Shown: in pieces, positions 52,348-61,629 of the stretch
Layout: every line of letters begins with the position of its first letter
Position numbering within the stretch: position 1 is the first letter of the stretch
From: Candidatus Omnitrophota bacterium
GTDB taxonomy: Bacteria; Omnitrophota; Gorgyraeia; Gygaellales; Profunditerraquicolaceae
Reading direction: 5' to 3'
DNA: 64,000 nt
Assembly (NCBI GenBank): GCA_041650835.1
Contig: JBAZKL010000004.1
Location: 294,900-358,899, forward strand
Position numbers and translations under genes: made by a program
Notes under the pieces: model-generated
Told to the model about the DNA's origin: nothing
The model's database searches: none
Seen by the model: only the letters and a program-made list of their open reading frames with translations

Positions 52348-52392
52348 AGACTATAGACTATGGACTATGGACTATCGACTACCTGTGACTAT
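52348..52392. repeat. Heptanucleotide tandem array, AGACTAT-AGACTAT-GGACTAT-GGACTAT-CGACTAC plus a degenerate sixth unit
   Basis: The array can be read directly in the sequence. The last unit overlaps the DUF2905 stop codon. Confidence 0.85.
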
Positions 52393-52619
52393 TTCCGATT
52401 TATCAACCAAAATAAAATCGACAATATAACACTGACCACAAGCGAAGTCGCCAGCGGGAAATAAAAGGTAAAATTCTTTTTCTGGACTAATATATCCCCG
52501 GGGAGTTTACCTAAAAAAGGGATCTTATTGAAAAACACCAACAGCAATCCCAGGCTTGCCAGTATTATCCCGAATATGATCAATGTCTTGCCTAATTCCT
52601 GCATTGGGTAACTCCTCAT
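52389..52619 (-). CDS. DUF2905-family small membrane protein
   Basis: 76 aa, two TM helices. ...PFLGKLPGDI... is the signature of this family. Confidence 0.7.
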   Translation of the reverse strand: MRSYPMQELGKTLIIFGIILASLGLLLVFFNKIPFLGKLPGDILVQKKNFTFYFPLATSLVVSVILSILFWLINRK

Positions 52620-52670
52620 AAGATCGGCATATTAAAGAATACTGACTGAACAGAAAGTCACAGGTTCCAA

Positions 52671-53111
52671 TTATCTCGGTTTCCAGCCCCACGGATCAGC
52701 GCTTTGCCGCAGCTCCTTCTCTTTCGTTTCAATAATACTCTTTAAATCAGGCGATAACGATTTCAACAGCTCTTTTTCTTCCTTTTTCAACTCGGAAAAA
52801 ACCCGGTGCACCTGTTTATAAAATCCAGTACCGCATTCATCTGCCGTAAGCTTCTCTCCAGGTCCCGGCGCAAAAGGAGAATCTTCAGGAATAGCTCCGG
52901 GGGCGAACATAAGCTGCGCCTGCAACATCACCGCGTCTTTAAGTTTAATTTCGCCTCTCTCAGCTGCCGCCTGGACCATATCATACATGCTGGAATATTT
53001 CTCTTCAACCGCGGGTATATCGACAGAAACACCCGTTGAAGAAGACTCTGAGTAACAAATACCGGATAGAGCCAAGATAAAGAATACAATCTCGCAAAAT
53101 GTAATTCGCAT
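52671..53111 (-). CDS. Small secreted protein of unknown function (146 aa from the Met with an SD sequence)
   Basis: Signal peptide MRITFCEIVFFILALSGICYS. AAAAGAGGG lies 4 nt upstream of the ATG at 53111. The ORF track's upstream extension to 53210 runs through the structured element. Confidence 0.6.
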   Translation of the reverse strand: MRITFCEIVFFILALSGICYSESSSTGVSVDIPAVEEKYSSMYDMVQAAAERGEIKLKDAVMLQAQLMFAPGAIPEDSPFAPGPGEKLTADECGTGFYKQVHRVFSELKKEEKELLKSLSPDLKSIIETKEKELRQSADPWGWKPR

Positions 53112-53126
53112 AAACCCTCTTTTATT

Positions 53127-53378
53127 GATCAACTTAATGAACCTGTTGCTTTTCTCGCTCAGGTTGATTTTCCGCCACAAAACATGGCGGACGGCAAAGA
53201 TCTTTCGCATTTCGGTGGCTGCTGAACTCGTCGCATTTGCTCTATCAAATGCTCCTTAAACAACATCGCCATCCCAAGATTGCCCAGCTCTCGCTGGGCC
53301 TTGGGATTCCCTCAATGCTCAAGCTGCTTTGCCTAAAATCAACATTCGCTCGAAAACCAGCAGGTTCATTTAAACCAA
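53127..53378 (-). ncRNA. Candidate structured RNA, copy 1. It is a ~250-nt multi-helix element that forms the 5' leader of the secreted-protein gene.
   Basis: The reverse complement aligns over about 255 nt (~75-80% identity) with 54401-54660. It has the hairpins GCCCAG-CGAGAG-CTGGGC, GCATTTG...CAAATGC and TCCGCC-ATGTTTTGT-GGCGGA. A long-range helix GGCAAAG/CTTTGCC is also present. All of these covary with the other copy. Confidence 0.55.
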
Positions 53379-53386
53379 AACACTTC

Positions 53387-54126
53387 TTATTTCTTAACGT
53401 TCTTTTTCTTTAAATCTTCCTGCATTATTATTTCATTTTCTAAAACTTCTACCCCTCTAAGATAATTATCCTTCTTAGCCAATTTCAATAATTCTTTTAG
53501 AAAATAAATATAATCTTTACCCTTTTCTTTTCTCAACTCATTAGAATATAAATTAAACTTTGCACATACATTCAATGCTGACCCTACTTTTTCTTCCTGC
53601 GTTTTAATAATTTGCTCCTCTTTTTTATCAGGAATCTCCAAATATAAACAAAATGCCTTATACCCATAACTAAAGGCTTTTCCCCATATACCATAAACGG
53701 CATAACGTTCAGCCCTTGATTGATAATATCCTGCCTGGCGGAACATTGATTCTAATCTTACTTCTTGCTCCGATGCTTTTATTTCATTATCAAGAATTTC
53801 TTCAATTTTCTTAACATCTTGCCCTTGATTAATTTTACCAACAAAATTTTGGTCTATGTCAACATTTTGTATATCTTCACTAACACCTACTTTCGTATTT
53901 AATATAATAATATCTCTAATTGTTGAACCCTTGGGCTTCTTAATATTAGAAGAATTGTTTTCGGTGTTTTCTTGTTTTTGTCTATTCCCTGAGAAAAATC
54001 GTCCGGCCCCTGCTCGCTCTTTGCAGCAGTATTATCAGTAAAATCGGTATTTTTCATATCAACCTTAAAACCCGTATCTTGATCCAACGATAAATTCCCC
54101 TTAATTCTTGAATTTTCTGCTTTCAA
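53387..54126 (-). pseudogene. Disrupted gene of unknown function in the AT-rich insert (the two ORFs 54126-53899 and 54031-53387 lie in frames offset by 1)
   Basis: The 119-aa ORF frame stays open upstream to a stop at 54032-54034 and contains no start codon there. The upstream 75-aa ORF (TTG start) ends at 53899. Joining them with a single-base shift near the A/T homopolymers at 53960-54010 would give a protein of roughly 240 aa. Confidence 0.4.
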
Positions 54127-54147
54127 ATCAAACCCAGTTGTTTTATT

Positions 54148-54276
54148 TTACACTTCTCTCTTACTAATTATCCCAAAGGAAACCCACCAAACAATAATTT
54201 GAATTACTAAAAGCAAGCTAAATATTCGAAACCAAATAGGTCCTTCAAACAATGCCTTAAATAAATCTGACCACAT
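54148..54276 (-). CDS. 42-aa hydrophobic peptide (single TM helix)
   Basis: MWSDLFKALFEGPIWFRIFSLLLVIQIIVWWVSFGIISKREV. A strong SD sequence AAAGAGG lies 6 nt upstream of the ATG. It is below the 60-aa ORF cutoff, so it is absent from the ORF track. Confidence 0.5.
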   Translation of the reverse strand: MWSDLFKALFEGPIWFRIFSLLLVIQIIVWWVSFGIISKREV

Positions 54277-54400
54277 CTTATACCTCTTTAATCCCTACTA
54301 TTGAGTTAATTCTTATTAAACGTTGCGGTTATTATTGTAGCGCATATTTTCCTACATCACCAAAATTTATTTAACCCCAACCGCTCACAAGTAACTTGAG

Positions 54401-54660
54401 TTGGTTTAAAAATGAATCTGACGGTTTTTCGAGCGCATCACGATTTTAGCCAATGGAGCTTTGGCATTGAGGGTATCCCAGGTCAGCCGAGAGGCTGACA
54501 ATTCTGGGACGGCGATGCTGTTTGAGTCCTATTTGCTAGAGCAAATAGGACGAGTTCAGCAGCCGCCGAAATGCCAAAGATCATTGGCGTGCCGCCTAAT
54601 TATAAATATAGCGCGGCAAAATCGTGCTTAAGCGAGAAAAACCGCCAGATTCATTAGATC
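54401..54660 (+). ncRNA. Candidate structured RNA, copy 2 (paralogue of 53127-53378 in inverted orientation)
   Basis: Hairpins GTCAGC-CGAGAG-GCTGAC, CTATTTGC-TAGA-GCAAATAG and GCCGC-(17 nt)-GCGGC. Long-range helix GCCAATGG/TCATTGGC. It abuts the ruvB stop codon. Confidence 0.5.
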
Positions 54661-54664
54661 TAAG

Positions 54665-55789
54665 CTAAAACAGCTCTTCTTGTTTCTCTTTATTGAATTT
54701 TATTCCGAAATGTTCGAACGCCAGCTTCGTGGCTACCCTTCCGCGGGAGGTGCGCTTTAAATAGCCGGCCTTGAGCAGGTACGGCTCGACGGTATCGACA
54801 ATGGTGTCGACTTCTTCATTGAGGCTTGCCGCCAAGGATTCAGCGCCTACCGGCCCGCCGTCAAAAGATTCCAGGATCAGCCTTAAAACCCGGCGGTCCA
54901 GGTCATCTAAGCCCGCTTTATCGATACCCAATTCGTCAAGGGTCTTTGCGGCGACAACCTGGTCGATCTTGGCGATATTGGAGACCTGCGCGTAATCCCT
55001 GATGCGACGCAGGAGCCGGTTGGCGATACGGGGAGTTCCCCGCGCGCGCCTGCCGATCTCGCATGCCGCCTCATCATCGATCTCAATACTTAAGATCTTG
55101 GCGGAACGCCGTACCACCTCTGCTAAATCCTCGACCCCGTAGAAATCAAGATGGTAAAATATGCCGAAGCGGCTGCGCAGCGGCGCGGATAATAAGCCTG
55201 AACGCGTGGTTGCCCCGACAAGGGTAAAAGGCTTGAGCCTGAACTTGATCGTCTTGGCATACGGCCCTTTATCAATAACGAAATCGATCTGAAAATCCTC
55301 CATCGCCGGATACAGGAATTCCTCCACCACTTTGGAAAGCCGGTGTATCTCATCTATAAAAAGGATGTCGCCTTTTTCTAAATTAGTCAAAATACCGATA
55401 AGGTCTCCGGCGCGTTCAATAGCGGGCCCTGAGGTCGCGGTGACCTTGGAATGCATTTCATGGGCGATGATATGCGCTAAACAGGTCTTGCCCAGGCCGG
55501 GCGGCCCGGAAAATAACGTATGCTCGAGAGGCTCTTTACGCTGTTTGGCGGCAGTCAAGCAGACTTTCAGGTTGTTGACCAGGTCTTTTTGCCCGATGAA
55601 TTCCGAGAGCTTATTGGGGCGAAGCGAAAGGTTCAGGACTACATCCTCTTCAGTCTCCTGCGCCTCATTCAACGGGAACGGTAATGGATCCTCAGCGCGC
55701 GCGGGGAGGGATGCGGCATCGGTATAATCATACTCCGATCCGTCGAAGGAACTTTCACTGCTAATTTTGCGCTTCTTCTGTCCTGCCAT
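54665..55789 (-). CDS. ruvB: Holliday junction branch-migration ATPase RuvB, with an acidic N-terminal extension
   Basis: 374 aa. Walker A is GPPGLGKT. The sensor and arginine-finger regions are present. The C-terminal winged helix is present. No ruvA is adjacent. Confidence 0.9.
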   Translation of the reverse strand: MAGQKKRKISSESSFDGSEYDYTDAASLPARAEDPLPFPLNEAQETEEDVVLNLSLRPNKLSEFIGQKDLVNNLKVCLTAAKQRKEPLEHTLFSGPPGLGKTCLAHIIAHEMHSKVTATSGPAIERAGDLIGILTNLEKGDILFIDEIHRLSKVVEEFLYPAMEDFQIDFVIDKGPYAKTIKFRLKPFTLVGATTRSGLLSAPLRSRFGIFYHLDFYGVEDLAEVVRRSAKILSIEIDDEAACEIGRRARGTPRIANRLLRRIRDYAQVSNIAKIDQVVAAKTLDELGIDKAGLDDLDRRVLRLILESFDGGPVGAESLAASLNEEVDTIVDTVEPYLLKAGYLKRTSRGRVATKLAFEHFGIKFNKEKQEELF

Positions 55790-56519
55790 ACGGGATAATA
55801 TTTTCTTTGTTCCTGGTTATTTCGATCTCCCCGAATACTTCCTTCTGGAGGATCACGATCTCTTTAAGCCTGATCAGCTCCAAGATAGAAAGAAAGGTAA
55901 CGATCATTTCAAACTTATTCTTTGCTTTGGTAAATAATTCCGAAAGGCGCAACGCCGGCACGACTAATAATAAATGAAGGAGCTGATGGATCTTATCCTC
56001 GATAGTGAATTCGTCGCGGATGACCTCATAGAACAATTCTTTCGGCAGATCCTGCAACGCGGTAGAAAACGCGGTGATGAGGTCGAAAATACTGGCTTCA
56101 AAATACGCGGGCACCTCCGCGGTAACCTCAAGAGTCCCTTTATCCTGGCCCTTCGGGCGTTTTAAAATATCCTGCTGGTCAGCCTCTTTCTGCCGCAATT
56201 CCTGCGCGATCTCTTTAAAACGTTCATACTCCAGAAGTTGGCGTATAAGCTCATCCCTGGGATCCTCTTCCTCTTCCTGAGGGGCTTCTACCGCCGGCAG
56301 GAGCATTTTCGACTTGATCTGCGTAAGCGTTGCCGCCATCACCAGGAATTCTCCGGCGATATTAAGGTCAAGCACCTGCATCAATTCCAGGTATTTCATG
56401 TATTGTTCGGTAACCTGCGCGATGGGAATATCGTAAATATTCAAATGGTCTTTCTTGACCAGGTACAAAAGCAGGTCAAGCGGGCCTTCGAACAGCTGTA
56501 ATTTTATTTTGTAGCTCAT
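55761..56519 (-). CDS. scpA: Segregation and condensation protein A
   Basis: 252 aa. LFEGPLDLLLYLVKKDHLNIYDIPIAQVTEQYMKYL is the ScpA N-terminal signature. Confidence 0.85.
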   Translation of the reverse strand: MSYKIKLQLFEGPLDLLLYLVKKDHLNIYDIPIAQVTEQYMKYLELMQVLDLNIAGEFLVMAATLTQIKSKMLLPAVEAPQEEEEDPRDELIRQLLEYERFKEIAQELRQKEADQQDILKRPKGQDKGTLEVTAEVPAYFEASIFDLITAFSTALQDLPKELFYEVIRDEFTIEDKIHQLLHLLLVVPALRLSELFTKAKNKFEMIVTFLSILELIRLKEIVILQKEVFGEIEITRNKENIIPYGRTEEAQN

Positions 56520-56523
56520 CGGG

Positions 56524-57504
56524 TTAAAGGTTCACCAGTTCTTTTACTTCGGCGACCGCTGCCGCGGCTTGCGCGGTTGCTTTTGCTTTACCGGCTTCGA
56601 CGATCCCTAAAACGCGTTCTCTATCCGAAAGCAATTGCTTTCTTTTTTCCTGGATCGGCGCCAGAAACGCGACTAATATTTCCGCTAATTCTTTCTTGCA
56701 CGCGGTGCATCCGATCTTTGATTCCCGGCATAACGAAGCGATCCGGGTGAATCGCTCCGGCGCGAAAACGGCATAATAACTATGGACATTACAACTTTCC
56801 GGATGGCCCGGGTCGCTTAATTTCACGCGCAGCGGGTCGGTAAACATCGTTTGCACTTTCTTGCGCACATTTTCCGGTTCTTCCTGGAGCAGAATGAAAT
56901 TATTATAACTCTTGCTCATCTTCCTGCCGTCCAGGCCTAAAAGCCTCGATGCTTTTGTTAAAAGGGCTTCCGGCTCCGGGAAAACCTCCCCTTTATAGAG
57001 CCCGTTAAACTTGCGCACGATCTCCCGGGTCAATTCCAGATGAGGCAATTGATCTTCCCCTACCGGCACGACCTGCGCCTTATACAAAGCGATATCGGCC
57101 GCCTGCAGGACCGGATACCCCAGAAACCCATACGTGCTGAGATCGCGGTTGGCGACTTCCCGCAGCTGTTCTTTATACGTCGGGCAGCGCTCAAGCCATC
57201 CCAGCGGCGTCAGGATAGAGAATATCATATATAATTCAAGGTGTTCTTTAACCTGAGATTGGATAAAAATAGTGGATCTTTCAGGGGAGATACCGCAGGC
57301 AAGCCAGTCGATCACGTTATCGACGATATTTTCCTTCAATGAAACGGGATTCTCATATTCCGACATAAGCGCGTGCCAATCAGCGACCATAAAAAAACAT
57401 TCATACTGGTCCTGAAACTTGACCCAATTGTCTAATGCGCCGACCAAGTGCCCCAAATGCAGCTTCCCCGTGGGGCGCATGCCGCTTAATATCCGTTTTT
57501 TCAT
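56524..57504 (-). CDS. trpS: Tryptophan--tRNA ligase
   Basis: 326 aa. HIGH-type motif TGKLHLGH and KMSKS are present. Confidence 0.92.
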   Translation of the reverse strand: MKKRILSGMRPTGKLHLGHLVGALDNWVKFQDQYECFFMVADWHALMSEYENPVSLKENIVDNVIDWLACGISPERSTIFIQSQVKEHLELYMIFSILTPLGWLERCPTYKEQLREVANRDLSTYGFLGYPVLQAADIALYKAQVVPVGEDQLPHLELTREIVRKFNGLYKGEVFPEPEALLTKASRLLGLDGRKMSKSYNNFILLQEEPENVRKKVQTMFTDPLRVKLSDPGHPESCNVHSYYAVFAPERFTRIASLCRESKIGCTACKKELAEILVAFLAPIQEKRKQLLSDRERVLGIVEAGKAKATAQAAAAVAEVKELVNL

Positions 57505-57519
57505 TGTGGATTGGAATAA

Positions 57520-59829
57520 TTACAATTTACGCGCTATTTTTTCGATCTGATAAGCTTCAAGGATATCCCCTTCCATGATACCGTCATATCCTTTAAGAGC
57601 GATACCGCATTCAAAGCCTTCTGCGACTTCCCGGACATCATCTTTAAAACGTTTTAAAGAAGAAAGCTCTCCTTCATAGACGGGCTCTCCGTTACGCATC
57701 AGGGTAACCTGCGAATTGCGGAAAACCTTCCCCTTGACCACAAAGCTTCCGGCAATAATACCTGAGCGCGACAATTTAAATACCTTACGGATCTCGACCC
57801 TCCCTAAGAAAACTTTCTTTAATTTCGGTTCAAGCATCCCTTCGAGCGCGGCCCTGATATCATTGGCTAATTCATAAATAATATTATAGGTACGGACTTC
57901 CTGGCCTTCCCGCGCGATCAAATCTTTCGCCAGGTCATCGGCTACGACATTAAATCCCAGGATAAGCGCGTTAGAAGCAACCGCCAGGATAACATCGGAA
58001 GAATTGATATTGCCGATGCCTTCATGAATATACACCAGGCTTATTTCAGTCGACTCTATCTTGCCCAAGGTATCTTTTATCGCCTCAAGCGAACCATGCG
58101 CGTCGGCTTTTAAGATCAGTTTCAATTCTTTGATCTTTCCCGCTTTGATCTGCGAATAAAGGTCTTCAAGCCCTAACCGCTTGACCGGCCTCATCTGCAA
58201 TTCTTTTTCTTTATCCTGCCGCGCTTCCGAAAGTTCTTTTGCTTTTTTCTCGTTTTCAACCACAAAGAACTGCTCGCCTGCCTGCGGCAGGCCTGAAATA
58301 CCCAGGACCTCAACCGGTAACGACGGGCCTACTTCACGCACCGTCTGGCCCCGGTCATTAAACATCGCCTTAGACTTGCCGTCGAAACTCCCGACGATAA
58401 TATTATCATTAAGGCGCAGGGTGCCGTTCTTGACCAGCAGGGTGACCACCGGGCCTTTATATTTATTCGATTTTGCTTCAATAACAACGCCTTTTGCCGG
58501 CTTATCAGGATTGGCTTTAAGTTCCAGCATCTGAGCTTCCAACAAGATCATCTCTAACAGTTCATCAATTCCCTGGCCTGTCTTAGCCGAAACACCGACA
58601 ACGATCGTCTTGCCGCCCCAATCTTCGGGGTTAAGGTTTAATTCAGCAAGCTGTTTTTTCACCCGGGCCACATCCGCGGCCGGTTTATCGATCTTATTGA
58701 GCGCGACGATGATGGAGACTCCCGCCGCGCGGGCATGATCAAGTGCTTCCTGGGTCTGAGGCATGATCCCTTCGTCTGCGGCAACAACTAAAACAACAAT
58801 ATCCGTAATACTGGCGCCGCGCGCCCGCATCGCGGTAAAAGCTTCATGGCCGGGAGTATCCAGAAAGGTGATCTCTCCATGAGGGAGCTTTACCCGGTAA
58901 GCGCCGATATGCTGCGTAATACCGCCATGTTCGCTTTCCGTGACTTTACTGTTGCGGATCGCGTCCAAAAGAGACGTCTTACCATGGTCAACATGCCCCA
59001 TAAGCGTGACAATCGGAGAACGCGCCTTCAAAGATCCCGGGAAATCATCTTCTTCATGCACGCCGAGTATCGTTTTCTCGGCGGAAGGGGCTTCTTTGAT
59101 CGAAAAGCCATACTTCGCGCATACCTTAGCTACCACCGCTTCATCAAGCGCCTGGTTAAGCCCCGCCATCACTCCCAACCCCATGAGCATCTTAATTATA
59201 GTGGATGATTTTTCCTGCAGTTTGATCGCCAGGTCTTTTACAATAATAGGGAATTTCAATTCCAATTCTTTAAGCGCCACGGAGGGAGCCACAACTTCTT
59301 TTACTGCAGCAGGCGCTTGTTCTTTAACCGATACCGGTTTTTCTTCCTTAGCAGGAACGATCTTCTCTTCTTTAACGACAGCGGGTTTTTCCGTAACCGC
59401 GGGCTTCTCTTCTTTAACGGCCGGTTTTTCTACCCTCACCGGCATGACCGTTTCACGCGGAACGATTTTCGGCTTATGCGCTTCCTGGGGCTGCGCCGCT
59501 TTCAGCGGAGCAACCGCAGGCTGGGGAGCAGGCGGGACCTGTGAAGCCTGCGCCTCAGGCTTAATTTCAACAACAGGGACAGCTGCCTCTATGCCGGGTG
59601 AAACCTTCTTTTTAGGCGCTGCCTTACGTTTAGTAACGGCGGTTTTTTCCGTGACCGCGGGCTTGAGCGCTTTACGCTTAAGCTTGGCGAGCGGCTTCTC
59701 CGCGGCTTTAACTTTTACACTTTCAAGCGCGGCTTCGTCTGTGGCTTTAAGCTTAGGCTTTGCTTTAGGCTTTGCTTTTGCTTTCTCTTTCGGTTCCAGC
59801 TTATTCTTTTCTTTTTTTGCTTCAGTCAT
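57520..59829 (-). CDS. infB: Translation initiation factor IF-2
   Basis: 769 aa. The N-terminal region is K/A/P/E-rich low complexity. The GTPase domain has [12 protein letters not shown] and DTPGHEAF. C-terminal IF2 domains are present. Confidence 0.93.
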   Translation of the reverse strand: MTEAKKEKNKLEPKEKAKAKPKAKPKLKATDEAALESVKVKAAEKPLAKLKRKALKPAVTEKTAVTKRKAAPKKKVSPGIEAAVPVVEIKPEAQASQVPPAPQPAVAPLKAAQPQEAHKPKIVPRETVMPVRVEKPAVKEEKPAVTEKPAVVKEEKIVPAKEEKPVSVKEQAPAAVKEVVAPSVALKELELKFPIIVKDLAIKLQEKSSTIIKMLMGLGVMAGLNQALDEAVVAKVCAKYGFSIKEAPSAEKTILGVHEEDDFPGSLKARSPIVTLMGHVDHGKTSLLDAIRNSKVTESEHGGITQHIGAYRVKLPHGEITFLDTPGHEAFTAMRARGASITDIVVLVVAADEGIMPQTQEALDHARAAGVSIIVALNKIDKPAADVARVKKQLAELNLNPEDWGGKTIVVGVSAKTGQGIDELLEMILLEAQMLELKANPDKPAKGVVIEAKSNKYKGPVVTLLVKNGTLRLNDNIIVGSFDGKSKAMFNDRGQTVREVGPSLPVEVLGISGLPQAGEQFFVVENEKKAKELSEARQDKEKELQMRPVKRLGLEDLYSQIKAGKIKELKLILKADAHGSLEAIKDTLGKIESTEISLVYIHEGIGNINSSDVILAVASNALILGFNVVADDLAKDLIAREGQEVRTYNIIYELANDIRAALEGMLEPKLKKVFLGRVEIRKVFKLSRSGIIAGSFVVKGKVFRNSQVTLMRNGEPVYEGELSSLKRFKDDVREVAEGFECGIALKGYDGIMEGDILEAYQIEKIARKL

Positions 59830-59883
59830 AATTCCTCATCTTTCGGTAAAACGCTTTGAGATTACATACGATTACGGCATAAG

Positions 59884-61098
59884 TCATTTACCGGTTAGCT
59901 TCTTGGCTTCTTCAATTAATTTTTCCGCCTTCTTTTCTCCTATGCCTTTTATATTCGTCAAATCGCTGATTTGAGCGCCTGCAACAGCCTCCACTGATGT
60001 AAAACCTGCGTCTTTAAGACTCTGCAGGGTCTTTTCTCCGGCGCCGGGCAACTGCTCTAAAGAACCCGTTCCCCCGGCTTCAATAACCGTTTCAGCCTCT
60101 TGCGGCGCCGCTGCTTCTTCAGGAAGCGCTTCCTTCTTGACTTCCGGCGCGGCAGCAGGCTTATCTTTCGTGCGGATATCTAATTCCCATCCGATAAGCT
60201 TAGAAGCAAGCTGGACATTCTGTCCGTGTTTGCCGATAGCCAAAGAAAGCTGGTCATCCGCGACAATGATCTCTGCCCGTTTATTTTCCTTATCCAACTT
60301 TATTTCCGAAACTTCCGCCGGCAATAGCGCGGCTTTAATATATTCCCTGATATCATCATTATAACGCACAATATCGATTTTTTCACCTTGTAATTCATTC
60401 ACGATATTCTTGACGCGGCTGCCCCTCATACCCACGCAGGCTCCAACCGAATCCACTTTTTCATTCTTTGACCAAACCGCTATTTTCGTCCGGTCGCCGG
60501 CCTGGCGGGAGATCGATTTTATTTCAACGATACCCTCATAGATCTCAGGGACCTCCAATTCAAAGAGCTTCTTGACAAAATTCGGATGGCGTCGCGACAA
60601 AATGATCTGAGCGCCTTTATTGTCTTTTTTGACCTCCACGATATAAGCACGGATACGCTGCCCCTGCTTAAATTCCTCTTTAGAGGACTGTTCCCTCTTT
60701 AAAAGGACCCCCTCGGCTTTACCGAGCATATCAACGACAATATTGCCCTTATCAAAACGATAGACCGTACCGCTGACGATCTCCCCCGCCTTGCTTTGGA
60801 ATTCATTAAAAACCACGTCTTTCTCGGCTTCACGGATCTTCTGAATAATGACCTGCCGGGCGGCAGAGGCGGCGATACGGCCGAAATCGATCGACGTGAT
60901 CTCCTCCTGGTCCTTAAAAGCGCGGATCTTACCGTTAAAAGGGTCGATCTCAACCTTAAGCTCTTCATTGGGTTTAACATCAATAACCCTGCGGACAGCG
61001 CTTAAGAGAGCGCTCTCGACCGCTTTTATCAAAACCTCTTTCTTAATGCCTTTTTCTCTCTCTATCTGTTCAATTATCGCCAATAATTCCTGACTCAT
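59884..61098 (-). CDS. nusA: Transcription termination/antitermination factor NusA
   Basis: 404 aa. N-terminal domain, S1 domain and two KH domains (GACVGMRGSRV, IGKHGQNV). The C-terminal helix-hairpin-helix extension is present. Confidence 0.92.
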   Translation of the reverse strand: MSQELLAIIEQIEREKGIKKEVLIKAVESALLSAVRRVIDVKPNEELKVEIDPFNGKIRAFKDQEEITSIDFGRIAASAARQVIIQKIREAEKDVVFNEFQSKAGEIVSGTVYRFDKGNIVVDMLGKAEGVLLKREQSSKEEFKQGQRIRAYIVEVKKDNKGAQIILSRRHPNFVKKLFELEVPEIYEGIVEIKSISRQAGDRTKIAVWSKNEKVDSVGACVGMRGSRVKNIVNELQGEKIDIVRYNDDIREYIKAALLPAEVSEIKLDKENKRAEIIVADDQLSLAIGKHGQNVQLASKLIGWELDIRTKDKPAAAPEVKKEALPEEAAAPQEAETVIEAGGTGSLEQLPGAGEKTLQSLKDAGFTSVEAVAGAQISDLTNIKGIGEKKAEKLIEEAKKLTGK

Positions 61099-61607
61099 AG
61101 TAACCTCGTATTTTTATTCTTTTTGTTAATAATATCTTTCTCCCGCTCATCAAGGACCTGTTTTGCCCAATGGATATTTGTTAACGGGATTTCCATAGTA
61201 CCTGCTTCAACCTCTATCAATACAGCATCCTCACTCGCCTGCTTGATGATCCCTGCTACTTCTATTTTCTCGCCGATAGGTTCATGCAAGGAGAACCGCA
61301 CCGGGCGGTCAATACAACGCAAGAAATCTTTTACTGTTTTCATCGGCCGGTCCACCCCCGGAGAAGCCACCTCAAGGACATACCGCTCTTTAATAATGTC
61401 TTTCTCCTCCAGTAAATTACCGATCGCCTGATTAAGCCGGGCGCATTCATCAAGTTTAATGCCGCCGTACGGCCGGTCCGCCAATATCCGTAAAACCAGC
61501 CTTCCTCCTTCATAACGGCATACCAATTCAACCAGATCTATTGCCTGCGCCTGCAAATAACCGCTCAATAAAGCTTCCAATTCATGTATTACTTCCTGGT
61601 TTTTCAT
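61095..61607 (-). CDS. rimP: Ribosome maturation factor RimP
   Basis: 170 aa. It sits immediately upstream of nusA, which is the conserved rimP-nusA-infB order. LEVASPGVDRP is the RimP motif. Confidence 0.85.
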   Translation of the reverse strand: MKNQEVIHELEALLSGYLQAQAIDLVELVCRYEGGRLVLRILADRPYGGIKLDECARLNQAIGNLLEEKDIIKERYVLEVASPGVDRPMKTVKDFLRCIDRPVRFSLHEPIGEKIEVAGIIKQASEDAVLIEVEAGTMEIPLTNIHWAKQVLDEREKDIINKKNKNTRLL

Positions 61608-61629
61608 TTCCTCTCCATCTCCGGGAATA

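Noticed and set aside
53127-54660. Reading the two ~255-bp inverted copies as the terminal inverted repeats of a transposon
   Set aside because: No transposase, integrase or recombinase lies between or beside them. The copies differ at about 20-25% of positions, yet the differences are pairwise compensatory within hairpins. That is expected for a structured RNA, not for decaying inverted repeats. I keep it only as a secondary alternative.
58940-59974. 344-aa plus-strand ORF (A/S/T/G-rich)
   Set aside because: It is antisense to the K/A/P/E-rich low-complexity N-terminus of infB. The composition is the mirror image of that repeat. There is no start context and no recognisable domain. I treat it as a spurious antisense ORF.
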